Assembly: GCA_012295275.1 (NCBI GenBank)
Contig: CM022677.1
Coordinates: 2,480,001 to 2,544,000, forward strand
Source of the DNA: Chrysomallon squamiferum
Taxonomy: Eukaryota; Animalia; Mollusca
Length of the DNA stretch: 64,000 bases
Direction: 5' to 3'
How positions within the stretch are numbered: the first letter of the stretch is position 1; every line of letters starts with the position of its first letter. The notes below the pieces were generated by a model. It saw nothing but the letters and a program-made list of their open reading frames with translations, did no database searches and was not told the origin of the DNA. Below are positions 13,040 to 26,369 of this stretch, one piece after another. Both the position numbers and the translations under genes were made by a program.

Positions 13040-13862
13040 CTGTAATAAAGAGATTAAAAAATAATTTTTGTGATTGTTATTTGTAGCAACACTTGTATAT
13101 AATCATTGGTATACTAATCAAATACCTTTGGTATATTAAATATATAAATACAATATGGGGAAATAAATTTAGAACCCACCCTCCTTAATACAAAAAATAC
13201 AATATATATACTGATCTGGATGACTGAAAAAAATGTAAAATAACAACTTAAAAGAATACTTCGATTTTACCATTCAGTTCTTAAATAATCATGTATTCTA
13301 AACAGTAATATTTAACCATTTAGTATCAACTCCAGCAGAAAAAAACTACTCCTTTACTGAAATTAACATTGAAATTAAATATACATTTAGTAAAATTAGC
13401 ATTACAGACTTATTGGATTTAGCATAATACACTAACATGCACAGATGTTAAAAATTAACTATTTTCACCATCTGTGCATTAGGCTAATGTCAGTGTCTAT
13501 GTATTAACACCTAATACACTGAAAGATAACATTACACATACAGAAACGTAACTGAGATTAACTCCTTCTAACTGAAATGAAATACATGCTTACTGAAAAT
13601 TCTTTAGATGCTCAATTTTTAAATGATAAATAAATGTACCTGTGTGCGCACACACACACAGACAGGCACACTCACACAGAAACATATATGCTCATTCTGA
13701 AATTAATAATCACTAATACTGAAATGGTAAAGATATACACACACACACACACACATATACAAAACTTAACTTTATTTATATGTAAAAAAAGAATGAATTT
13801 CAGTGATGTAGCAATTACTGAAATAATATATTTTAAAATAAGAATTTTAGTTGTAAACTCAC

Positions 13863-16800
13863 CCAGACTTCCAAGTCCTGCAGCTCTACAGTTAGCTAAC
13901 AAAACTCCCATCTCACTCTCCAGCAGAACACACAACTCTTCATACGCCTCTGTCGCCTGATCAGAGTAGTTAATAGCCAACTGCAGTGCTGTGTTGTTAG
14001 ACTCATACTTCCCCATCAACACCGTCAACCTCTCCAAGTAAGACTTGCTCTCATTCACTGAGGTGGCAATTTTTCTCTGAAGTCTTTCAAACTCAATTTC
14101 AAACTCTTTAACTTTAGTTTAAAATCAGTTAAATTCATATTAGAAGTCATGAAAAATATATCAATGACTTATTCTGTGTTATTGTTTAAGAATCTATTTA
14201 TTTTAGTTAATTTGAAACAGAATTGCCCAAGGGCCAAAAAATAAGGTTAAAAATCAGAGTAATTCTGTGTTATTGTCAAAAATGTATTTATTTTGGCTAT
14301 TTGATTTTGAATGATTGTAGTTGGGAAACATTTGTAAGTTTAAAAATCAGTTAAATTCATATTTAAAATTTGAAAAATAATGTTTCATTTTTCTGTCAGT
14401 TTTATTTTTTCTGAGGTAATATGAGTTGGAATTAACACCATAAAAAACCCATTAATAAATTAAAATATCATACTGGAAATTATGAAAAATATGTCTATTT
14501 TTTACTTCATATTTTTGCCAGTCAAATAACATTTATGAATTAAAACATCAGTTAAGTTTCTACTGTAAATTATGAAAATACACTGTCAGTATATTCCAAT
14601 TTAACATTTAAAAGTGTTAAGCATTAGTTATAAATTTGTTAAAATATTATGCTAGTGTGTTTTATGTGGTTATGTAACATTAGCAAGTTGAAACATTTTG
14701 TAATTTTCCAGTGAAGTTACATTCCAGCACAGGAAACATCACTGTGCATATAAATGATGTTAAATGAGATTTACCCCAAGGGAGGTAATTTCAGCACCAA
14801 GAATCTGTCTGTCTCCAGCACACAGTTTTAGTTTCTTCAGTTCTGCAATTTTAGCTACAGGAAACTGATCACTGCCTGCAGTGGTCCTGTGAATTAATAA
14901 ATAAATAAATAAATAGAATATTACATAAATACTTAAATAATAAACACACTATCAAATATTTTTAATAGGCAAATAAGCAGCAAATGGAAAGAAATGGATG
15001 TATAAAGAAAAAATAATATATATGTATATATTATAGTTTTGTATTTTCTCAACATTCCATATACAAAAAAATAACACAAAATACACACTGTCTATCTCCA
15101 CTGATTCCCTTATAGTCACATTCAATAAAGATGAGAACCAAAATAAGAAATATTAATGTATACCTCTCTCCGGTGTTAGGAGTTACTTTAGTTACATGGA
15201 ACGTAAATGAATGACAATAAGACAAATATTTATTTACACCTCTCTCCTGTATTAGGATTCACTTGTGACTTTGTTGGTGTTGATGTTTGACTGTTCATGG
15301 GACTAGAAGACACATCTGTCAGAGATAACTTATCCTGTAACTCTTATCCTGTAACTGTAATAAAAATGTAATAATTTTCCTCATACTTTCAATTTTAACA
15401 AAATGTAACAGTTTATTCTGTGTCAACTGTAAGTTTAAACTGTAACAAAATGTAACAATTTATCCTCTAGCTTTTTCAACTGGAACAAAATAAAACAATT
15501 TATCCTGTAACTCTTTCACAGTAACAAAAATGTAACAATTTATTCTGTAACTCTTTCAACTATAACAAAAATGTAACAATTTATTCTGTAACTCTTTCAG
15601 CAGTAAACAAAAATGTAACAATTTATCCTTTAACTATTTTTGCTATAAACTTTTAAAATCGTGTATTTACTAACAACGTTACAGTGCTTTTTTGATGAAT
15701 GTAACAATTTCATGCAGTTACTAACAATTTAACTGTTGCTCTTTCATAGAAAGACTTAATGCAGAAATTATTAACACAAGCCATACTATATAACTGAAGG
15801 AAAAAGCAGTCTCTATAATTAAGTTTTGTGTTTCAATTCTACCTATAAATAAAAATGTAAATATAATTATTTTAATATTTATGCGGAGTTACCTTTCTTT
15901 TCAACTTCTCCCTGTCATCATTGATATATTCAATATGGCTAGATAGCTGTGTAAGTTCTATTTCCTGTCTGCCTATCTGTTCTTGTAGAGCTGACATTCA
16001 TCGTTGTCTTTTTCTACGTTTTCTCTGATACGTTGAATGTCGATGGAGAGGAAAGTCTTTTCTTTCTGAAATGGCTGACTCCATTATCTATTTCTAAAAC
16101 ATCCAAACAAAAAAAAAGTTATAATTATTCTCAGTTTTAATGTTGTGTATACATTATTTAGTGTTTAAAGGAAAAAAAAAACCACATGAACACATTTTAA
16201 TTATATTTGTAAATTTAATTCTATTTTTCTCTTCTGATCAAATTAACTGATTGAAAAGATATCTCATTTTAACTATCCATTTATTTGGAACTTTTCTTTT
16301 TAATTCATTTATTCCTCCTGACAGTAAGAAAATGAGAAAAATATATAATTTTAATTATATATTGTTACTCTTTTTTTTATGCCTTCTAGCAGTAAGTAAA
16401 CAAGAAAAAAAATTATTATAATATAATATTTCAAAAAATTCAACAAATTATAATTTGTTGCTATTTATACAATAAATTAAAATTAAAATTAATAAACTTT
16501 TAAAACAATTGGACATCTATCTAAAACAGCCAAAACTGTAAGGTCAAAAAATAAATATAAAAGTAAATGATAACTGGTCTCGCTGACTGGGAGCCATTTG
16601 CATTATTCTCGTTGATACTTCCTCCATCATTGCTTTTGTCCGATCATCTTCTTCTCTACACAGAAATGAAAAGAAAAAAAACAACAAAAAAACGATCAAA
16701 TGTCTTTACACTTTCTGGAATTTGACATTTTCGACAAATTCCTAGCAATTATTTCTTAGTCTTTCATTAAACACAGTGAAGAACAGCAAGCTAATGGTGT

Positions 16801-18075
16801 TGTTTTACATCTGAAGAATGACTGACTTGACTCATACAATGAAAGAAAACAATGGTTAAATAAATGTCTTCACATATTTCTGGAATTTCAGGTTCTCAGG
16901 AATCTTTTCTTGTCCATTAAAAACAGTGAAAGACCAGCAAAGAAATGGTATTATTTTACAATACATAATGACAAGCCAAAACTATGTTTCATTATGTGTC
17001 CAGATATATTATATTATTGTTTTTATCATTCATTAAAAGCAGGAAAGAACAGCAAACTCACACTATATATTATTTAATAAAGATCACTGACCTGATGACA
17101 TTAATCTGGTGTCTGTTTTCTTCATCAGCTCTGCAATGACGTGTGAAGTTCAGTGACGCGTTCCTCGTAGCGTGCCGCTGTCTGGTCAACTCTGTCATCG
17201 AAGTCTTTCTGACTGTGAATCTTCTCAGTCTTAGTGACAACAAACAATCAGATTTCAGTAACAAACACGTAAAATAATAATTAAAAATACAGGATAAGAA
17301 CATTATTTATTAATGCAAATATAAAATCAAAATAAACTAACAATAATAATAAAAGAAAAATATTTATTAACGGTACATACATCCTTTTATAAAATTAAAT
17401 TAAAAATATAATAATAATAGCATATAAGAATGGTATATGCTATTATAAAATAATAAAATCTCAAAATATTTATAATCACTAAAGTTTTGAATGGTTTTTG
17501 GATATAACTGTGTATTAGTAAATTTAAAACATACAGACTAAATTCTCTTAGTATTCAAAATCACAAGACATTTTTTTATGAATTTGAATGTGTATATATT
17601 GTATTTATTGAACCTATGTATTCTTTGTTTTAGTGTCTGCTTAAGAAAACATCATCAATAAATAATCAAATAAATACATAAATAACCAAATAAGGCAGAA
17701 AGTAAATATATAATAATTAAAACTTTTTAAATTTAAATTTGGTCATCAGATTAACGTAAGTATTTTTCTAAAGCCTTTCCAGAAAGATAGCCTGAGTAGC
17801 TTTAAGTCATCACCAAGAGTTATTGCCAAACATTATTTTCTAGTCAGGCTATATTCTTATTACTGTTACAAGAATAACAACATTAATTTCAGGCTAATGC
17901 TAAGATAAAAAAAATAATAATATAAAAAAAAAAGGTCTTACCTGACATTTAGTCTGTTATTTTTCTAAATGATCTCTTTCGGCTATTACTTGTGCTATCC
18001 TGTTGTTCAGCTCGATTATCTCCCATTTAAGAGAGGTCAAGGCCGCCTGGTCAATCTGTTTTATCATTCCTAAAG
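13863..18075 (-). pseudogene. MCC: Partial, intron-retaining pseudogene of colorectal mutant cancer protein (MCC/USHBP1 family), 6 recognisable exons
   Basis: Exon 17942-18075: AALTSLKWEIIELNNRIAQVIAERDHLEK*Q. Exon 17092-17229: RYEERVTELH/VIAELMKK (frameshift). Exon from 16655: REEDD. Exon 15893-16093: IEYINDDREKLKRK. Exon 14775-14886: FPVAKIAE/DRQILGAEITSLG. Exon 13863-~14120: KEFEIEFERLQRKI..LMGKYESNNTALQLAINYSDQATEAYE..NCRAAGLGS. The order is colinear with vertebrate MCC motifs as I recall them, and most exons have GT-AG sites. Confidence 0.88.
15330..15640. repeat. Degenerate ~42-bp tandem repeat within an MCC intron
   Basis: aacaaaaatgtaacaatttat(c/t)ctgtaactctttca recurs about 7 times. 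Confidence 0.8.
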
Positions 18076-18098
18076 CTAATTAATGAAAAAAAATATTG

Positions 18099-18134
<36 letters not shown>

Positions 18135-19099
18135 AGTGATAATAAACTAAATACTGTTTGCCAAATGCCAGAAATGAATTACAGATTTACCACAGATTAT
18201 GAAGGAAACATTTCCTTGAGGTCAATTTTGGTGTTACCGAACAAATGACCACTTGGAAGGATGGCGCCATGAACTCAATCAAATCGCTCAGAAGAGTCAT
18301 TCGACCACATCGAGAACTTTTGTATTTCAACTGCGAGGATCAACGGAAATATTTTAAAAAATAAACCACCTTCGTTTGCTTTCCTTCTTCATTTTTTCAT
18401 CATTTCTTTCTTTATTTATTTATTTATTTATTTTCTATTTTGTTTCTTTATTTTTTTACTTATTCTGTGTTTTGTTGTTCTCTCATGTATATACTTCTCT
18501 TTGAATATTTAATTTCTTGTATATTTTGTAACAATTTTAGTCTCCATTATTGTCATTATTGTACGTTTTGCATTGAAAATGAATCGTGGAACTGAATTAT
18601 GGAAACAATTGATGTATTACTGAAATTTGAATAAAAATGTTATGCTATTTTTATATTGAATAGTTTGTTGTATTAACATATACAAATTAACATAAGAGAG
18701 ATAGACAAACAGACGTACGAAGTAAGGACAGATTAAAACTTAGTTGTACAGAAGTAGTTTGTTGCTACCTTCCGACTGAACACACTGTCAACCAGGTGCA
18801 AGGGAATTTAATCAGAAAGGTCCCGCGATCTAGAATTCATTTTAGCACCATTTATACAAGTTTTTCTACGTCCCAAAGATACAGTGACAGATATATTAAC
18901 AACAAATTCCACAACGTACAATTCGTTTTAGGACTATTTATATAAGTTTTTCTACGTCCAGGGCTATACAATAGCAAACATATGCAGGACAGACAGTCGG
19001 TGTGTGGGTGGATAGGATAAAAACGGGTGAGTTTAGGGTCCCGGACAGAAAAGGTGAGTTGAGATTCCATTTATCACATATGGATAATTAGCGTACGTA

Positions 19100-19300
19100 A
19101 GCTTAGTGAGTACATCTCACGTAAGGGAGATAACTGTAATCGATACAATTTTCACTTTGCTTAGTGAGTACATCTCACATAAGGGACATAACTCTAATCT
19201 ATGTTTGTGAACACATATCACTAAAGGGAGATAAGTCTAATCGATATAATTTTTAATTTGTTTACTGAGCACATAATCACTCAACTGTAATCAATATACC
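19100..19300. repeat. Short ~58-bp tandem repeat with AAGGGAGATAACT core
   Basis: gcttagtgagtacatctcac.taaggga.ataact.taatc occurs twice, followed by degenerate copies. Confidence 0.7.
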
Positions 19301-19368
19301 CTTTACTTCGCCGAGTAAACTCCTCCCACCTCTGGTGACACATCATGGGGTATGACCCATGTTATATA

Positions 19369-19594
19369 CAGGGTGGCCCAGATGTAACCGAACCAGAATT
19401 GTTATGAAAAGTTACAGTTAAATGAAACAAATTTGATTTCATAGAGTTACAGCAAATGTTCAAAATGCAAACCATTATTTGTAATACAGTGATGACATCG
19501 TTCAATGGTTGATTCTGTTACTTTTTTGCACATTTTCGCGAAGCAGACTTGAAATCAGTGATCATCGATTGAGCTTTCGGGTTCGGTTACATCT
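19369..19594 (-). mobile_element. Internally deleted Tc1/mariner element (~225 bp) retaining the transposase C-terminus
   Basis: A TA|CAGGGTGGCCCAGATGTAACCGAACC end is at 19369, with a partial inverted copy GGTTCGGTTACATCT at 19580-19594. Minus strand 19447-19535 reads KMCKKVTESTIERCHHCITNNGLHFEHLL*, a typical Tc1/mariner C-terminus. Confidence 0.8.
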
Positions 19595-19854
19595 TACAAG
19601 AAACATTAAAGTTCGAACTTGGTTCAGTATCTTCACAAGCTGTGTAGGGGGGTAGGGGCCATGCGTTTTTATTTCTTAAACTATTTTTTTATTATTATTG
19701 TTCTGCTGTTACAATCTTCTATATTGAATAAAAAATGTCTTAATAATATTTACCAGCGAATATATTCACAAATAGAGTTATTTCCCTTTAATATGAAAAC
19801 GAATACTTTCTTGGATGACGTTTTCTCCCCTTTCTTATATTATAAAAGGATTTA

Positions 19855-21175
19855 TCACATAACTCTGTATAGGAATCTGTTCGTTTTAATAATCAAGAGA
19901 AAAATGTAACAAAGGGGAGATAAATCTATATAGGAATATATTCGTTTTAACCTGACTAATCAAGGAGAAAAATGTAACAAAGGGGACATAACTCTTTATA
20001 GGAATATGTTCGTTTTAACCTGAATAATCAAGGAGAAAAATGTACGAAAGGGGGACATAACTCTATCCGAGAGGATATTCGTTTTCATGTTAAAGGGAGA
20101 TAACTCTATATAGGAATATGTTCGTTTTAACCTGAATAATCAAGGAAGAAAAATCTAACAAAGGGGACATAACTCTATATAGGAATATGTTCGTTTTAAC
20201 CTGAATAATGAAGAGAAAAATGTAACAAGGGGGAGATAACTCTATCACAGAGGTTATTCGTGTTCATGTTAAAGGGAGATAACTCTATATAGGAATATGT
20301 TCGTTTTAACCTGAATAATCAAGGAGGAAAATGTAACAAAGGGGACATAACTCTATATAGGAATATGTTCGTTTTAACCTGAATAATCAAGAGAAAAATG
20401 TAACGAAGGGGATATAACTCTATATAGGAATATGTTCGTTTTAACCTGAATAATCAAGACAAAATGTAACGTAGGGGAGATAACTCTATATAGGAATATG
20501 TTCGTTTTAACCTGAATAATCAAGAGAAAAATGTAACAAAGGGGAGATAACTCTATCAGAGAGGTTATTCGTTTTCATGTTAAAGGGAGATAAATCTATA
20601 TAGGAATATGTTCGTTTTAACCTGAATAGTGAAGGAGGAAAATCTAGCAAAGGGGACATAACTCTATATAGGAATATGTTCGTTTTAACTTGAATAATCA
20701 AGAGAAAAATGTAACAAAGGGGAGATAACTCTATACATGAATATGTTGGTTTTAACCTGAATAATCAAGGAGAAAAATGTAACAAATGGGAGATACTTCC
20801 ATCCAATAGGTTATTCGTTTTCATGTTAAAGGGGACATAACTCTATATAGGAATATGTTCGTTTTAACCTGAATAATCAAGAGAAAAATGTAACAAAGGG
20901 GAGATAACTCTATACATGAATATGTTCATTTTCATGTGAAAGGGAGATAAATCTATATAGGAATATGTTCGTTTTAACCTGAGTAATCAAGGAGAAAAAT
21001 GTAACAAAGGGGAGATACCTCTATTAGAGAGGTTATTTTTTTTTTCATGTTAAATGGGAGATAAATCTATATAGAAATATGTTCATTTTAACCTGAATAA
21101 TCAAGGAGAAAAATGTAACAACGGGGACATAACTCTATCCGAGAGGTTATTCTTTTTCATGTTAAAGGGAGAGAA
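19855..21175. repeat. Composite tandem array of ~68-bp and ~44-bp units sharing a GGG(A/G)(G/C)ATAACTCTAT head, ~21 units
   Basis: Long unit is aaggggagataactctatataggaatatgttcgttttaacctgaataatcaagagaaaaatgtaaca. Short unit is aaggggacataactctatccgagaggttattcgttttcatgtta. The two are interspersed. Confidence 0.95.
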
Positions 21176-22468
21176 TATCAATATATTCGCTTGTGATTAA
21201 TGTTCAGGTATATTTTCAACCAATGGAATCCAATAATTTAATTAGTGGACACTGTTTAATCATTTAGTAAGCATTTTTAATGAATGAATTTTTTTACATT
21301 AAAATTATAGATCAGATGGAAATATTTATAGGATATTCTTTATCTGTTATATTAATATATCAAAGGTAAATAACATCTTTTTTATATTAATAATAATAAT
21401 TCTATGTTGAAAATATCTAATTTGTTGAAAACTAAAATTTACAAAAAGAAAATTTATATTTTGATATAACTCTGAACTTGAAATATGATAAGGATAATGA
21501 GAACTTAAAAACAAGAATTGTGTTCTACATTATACTTTTGTCCGATGGTAAAAGGAGAAACAAATAAATATAATAAACAATAAAATATTTCTTAATAATA
21601 GTTACCAGCGAATATATTCACAAATAGAGTTATTTTCCTTTAATATGAAAACGAATACTTTCTCGGATGGAGTTATCTCCCCTTTCTTACATTAAAAAAG
21701 GGTTTATCAGAATTACTTGATATGAAATCAGTTTGTGGAAATATGTGAATAGAAGATTCATCAAAGTTTGTGAAAATATTTAATGTAATAAAAAATGTAT
21801 TATTGATTCATTATGTCACTATTTGTTATTTTTCGTTTAAAATTATTATCAAAATTATCAAACAATTATTAATTTAATATATATTCTTAAAATTTAATTT
21901 CATATCATTTCTTTAGCACTTAACTAAATGAATTAAATGAAACAGAAATCTAAATTACAAAATACATCATTATTTTTATTTCCTTTTTCAAAATTTGTTT
22001 TGTTGTTGTTAATGTTGTTAACCATTATCATCGTTATATTCATTCCTATTAATGGACAACAGAGTTATTTCCCTTAGACTACTTTGTCTATGAAATTGAC
22101 TAATTATTATTATTAGTAGTAGTAGTAGTAGTAGTAGTATCTCTGTTTGTGCATTCTTAGTTTATTTCATATATTTAAAATGTTTCTTTACTAAAAACTT
22201 AATATTTATTCATTCATACTACTGAGAATAAAAATAAGAATTTAAATTTATTACAACATTCCGTTTTGATGCGTGAAAAATTGTATATATTATTTATTAT
22301 AATTAGAGAAAGAGAGATTTGGGTTTCACTGTAAAAATGTAGCATAAAAATTTCAATTACATATAAATACTGTTTTTCTGCCATTTCATACTGACACATT
22401 TAAATTTCATAGATATAATGATTTCTAGAGCGCGGAATGTAACATCAATTCAGGTGTTTAAAAGTGTA

Positions 22469-22471
<3 letters not shown>

Positions 22472-22523
<52 letters not shown>

Positions 22524-23325
22524 TCTTTCTTTCATTTTTGTTTGTTTTTATTTTTGTTGTTGATATTATTGCTAACACTGTTATTTATTTTACTGTGGTA
22601 CATAATTATTACTGTATTTATTATTGTTATTATTGCTAATATTGGTGTTATAGCTGTTGCTTTTGCTGTTGGTTAATTTTGCTTTTGGTTAATTTTGCTT
22701 TAGGCAGAATTGATAAGTTTGTGTGGAGAGAAGAAAGCGAGTTACAGAGAGAGTTAGAGAGAAAAAGACAGAGACAGAGAAAAACACATGGAGAGAGATA
22801 CAGACAGACAGACAGACAGAAAGAGACAGAGACACAGTGTCAGAAAGACAGAGAGAAAAAGTGAGTCAGAGACACATAGACAGTCAGAGACAAAGAGAGA
22901 AAGACAGTGAGAGAGACAGTGAGATAAAGAGAGACAGATAGGGACTGAGACAGAGGGAGAAAGAGACAGAGAGAAAAAGAGACAGGGACATAGGGAGACA
23001 GAGAGAGATAGAGAGATAAAGAGATATAGCAGAGAGAAAAAGAGAGATTCAGAACAGATAGAGACAGAGGGAGAAAGAGAGATTCAGAGAGAGACAGAGA
23101 GATATAGAGAGAGACCGAGAAAGAAAGACTGAGAGAGACAGAGTCAGAGAGTGGAAGAGAGAGACTGAGATAGACAGAGAGAGAAAGAGAGAAAAGAGAG
23201 AGACAGTGATAGAGGGAAAGAGACAGAGAGAGCAAGTCAGACAGAGAGAGATAGACACAGAGAGAAAGAAAGATAAGAGAAAGAGATAGAGAGTGAGAGA
23301 AGGCGAGAGACAGAGAGAAAGATAC
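22472..23325. repeat. (GT)n microsatellite (22472-22522) and ~600-bp degenerate (GA/GACA)n tract (22730-23325)
   Basis: The low-complexity tracts are directly visible. Confidence 0.95.
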
Positions 23326-23989
23326 TAACCATTAAGAAAATACAAATCATTAACCAAATACTAACCTTTAACCAAATACTAACCATTACTAACATCCCCT
23401 TTGTGTACTAAACCTCACCGTGGTGTATGTGTGGCAACATTTCCAAAGGGAATGGCTAATTAGTACATTAATATAATAACATTATTTTGGTTAGATAGAT
23501 AGACAGATAGATAGATTATGATAGATAAATAGAAATACCTACAAACAGATGGATACATAGGGTATTGCTACTTTTTCTAATTTTGAATACAGTGTCATTA
23601 CTTTGAAAGCTCTTTCTATATACAGATAGACAGACAGGCCAACAGAGCATAGACAGAAGTGTATGTACTTAAGAATAAGTTATGACATATTAAATATCTC
23701 GCTCTGGCTTTCTTTCTCTCTCACTCTCCAAATTACTCATCATTACTTACCTGCATGTTTCTATCTATCTATCTGTCTATCTATATATTTGTTTTATTTC
23801 ATCATCAATTTCTCTGGCTATTTGTCTATCTATGTATCTGTCTGTTTGTTGATCAACCTGTGGTATAGCTTAATCTTATTACCTGTCTAGCTAACCATTC
23901 ATTCGTCACTATATCCTCTGTCTGTCTGTTTATAACTATAACTATATCTATATCTGTATCTATCTATCTATCTATCTATCTATATATAT

Positions 23990-24261
23990 GGAAAAATAAT
24001 TATTATTTCTATTACATTTTATTATTGTATCTACAGGAAAGACAAGATTCTGGAATCAGCTTCAGTTACAAGAATAGGGAGAAAAATTTAAACAGATGAG
24101 GTGTCTACTGATATGCAACAATTATTATTCACAAAAGATGGATTTTTCTTTCCAAAGCAGTTTCCTAACCTATCAATCTATTTTTCAAGCGATCAATACG
24201 TCTAACTATCTCTACATCAAGCTATCTTACCCTCTTGGTTACAAATAGCACAGTCTATTTT

Positions 24262-24295
<34 letters not shown>

Positions 24296-24908
24296 TTACG
24301 TATACACTCTCTCTATTTATATCATATTTAATTATTTAAATACATTCTTTTTATCTATTTATCTATCTATAAATATATTTATTTATCTATCTATTTATCC
24401 CATATACATAAGCAACAGACTCGGTCTTTCTTACAGGATGCAGTATATACTCATGCCTCCTTGCATCTATCTAGCTTTCTTCTGTCTATCAATTTACCTC
24501 TCTATCCACCCTTTTTCACACACACACACACACACATACTAATCATCTTTAAACACACAAATAAATTATCATTACTATACACGTTATGTATGTGTGTGTA
24601 TACATCTATATATATATATATACATATAGATACACATACCCATTTCTTAACACACGTCTATCTATATGTCTGTCAGTCTGTCTACAAATCAATCTACCAA
24701 ACTAGTAACATATCTACATATCAGTTTATCTCTCTAGCTTATACGTCTAATTTTCAATAACCATCTATCACTATTTTGCTGAATGTCTATGTAATCTATC
24801 TGTATTTATATCTTTTATCTATATAATCTATATAATCTATATCTATTATCTATATAATCTATTTGTATAATCTATCTGTATTTATTTCTATATATGTATC
24901 TATATATA

Positions 24909-24957
<49 letters not shown>

Positions 24958-25334
24958 CTATTTGTATTTATTTCTATAAATCTATATATAATCTATCTGT
25001 ATTTAACTCTGGATATCTACCTCGATCCAAACACAGATCCAATCCTCTCTGTCTTCTGTCTGTCTCTGTGTGTGTTTATGTACATATACATGATCATATC
25101 CACTTTACCATCATATATGCTTACACCTATCTATTTATCCATCCATCGAACTCTAAGGAAGTGCCTGCCTATATATATTATTTCTCTATCCATTAATAAC
25201 CATCCATGAATCACCTATTCATCTTCCTGACTATCTCCCTAAATAATTATAACTACTTTTTATATCTATCTTTCTGTGTTACTGTCCATTTATAACTCTC
25301 ATTCACAATTCCCATATTTAGCCATTCTTATCAA

Positions 25335-25382
<48 letters not shown>

Positions 25383-25659
25383 GCACTTTCTGTGTCCACC
25401 TATCTATATATATCTCTATATGTATATCTATGTACACAATTTCTCATTCTATCTACATAATCAACCTACCTAACAGTTTATATATCAATAACATCTATCA
25501 GTCATTTAAACATCTTCTTGTCTACATACCTTCAAACCTCCTTATAGTTCTGTATGTTTGCACACATATTTACTCAATATATTCACTCTTCAAAAAAGAC
25601 AAGTGACTTTTCCTTCTATATACTATTCCCTGCTCCAGCTTACATACCTACACCTGTAG

Positions 25660-25718
<59 letters not shown>

Positions 25719-26369
25719 GTCTTCCACATTACCATCATACCTGCCTACACCTATCTGTCTGTCTGCTACATACTATTTACATATATCTACATATCAACCT
25801 ACTGAACTACTGACCTACCTACCTATCTGTCCCACTCTGTGTCAGCTGTCTGTTAGATAACTATCTACATATATCTGCATATCAACCTACTGAACTACTG
25901 ACCTACATACCTATTTGTTTATTATCCACATTACAACAGATCAATAACCATCCAACAATCATATATCTAATTCCCTGTCAAACTACCTACATACATAATA
26001 ACTATGTCTAGATAGCTACATTACAACCTATGTATTTTACTGTATGTCTACACTCTCAGCCTGGCACACAAACACACATGACAGAAAGAAGAAAACACAG
26101 AATAGATAGATAGGCACTGACGTGTTTAACTATCTGCCTAAATTCATCTACATCTATCAATTTACTTGTTAACTTCTACTGATCTAACTGTCTATCAGTC
26201 TATCAATAATATCTCCCTCTTTTCTTTCTATGTATCTCTTTACCAGTTATCAGTAGATACCTCATCTGTTTAAAATCTTCTCACTATTCTTGTAACTGAA
26301 GCTGATTCCAGAATCTTGTCTTTCCTGTAGATACAATAATAAAATTTAATAGAATAATAAGTATTTTTC
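23990..26369. repeat. ~125-bp inverted repeat pair (23990-24113 / 26248-26369) enclosing ~2.1 kb of (TATC)/(CA)/(TA) simple sequence
   Basis: attattgtatctacaggaaagacaagattctggaatcagcttcagttacaagaatag..tttaaacagatgaggt.tctactgata is matched in reverse complement at 26248-26369. Confidence 0.9.

Noticed and set aside
13039-13863. In-frame MCC-transposase fusion protein
   Set aside because: The splice phases are incompatible (MCC exon ends in phase 1, transposase exon starts in phase 2), and both parts contain stops and frameshifts.
19855-21175. CRISPR-like repeat/spacer appearance
   Set aside because: The intervening sequences are themselves repeated (two unit types, no unique spacers), there are no cas genes, and the DNA is eukaryotic.
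22679-23258. Arg/Glu- and Ser/Leu-rich ORFs
   Set aside because: They are translations of a degenerate GA-rich simple repeat.
23325-23400. TAACC-rich stretch resembling a telomeric repeat
   Set aside because: There are only a few irregular (ac)taacc words and no tandem TTAGGG/TTAGG array.
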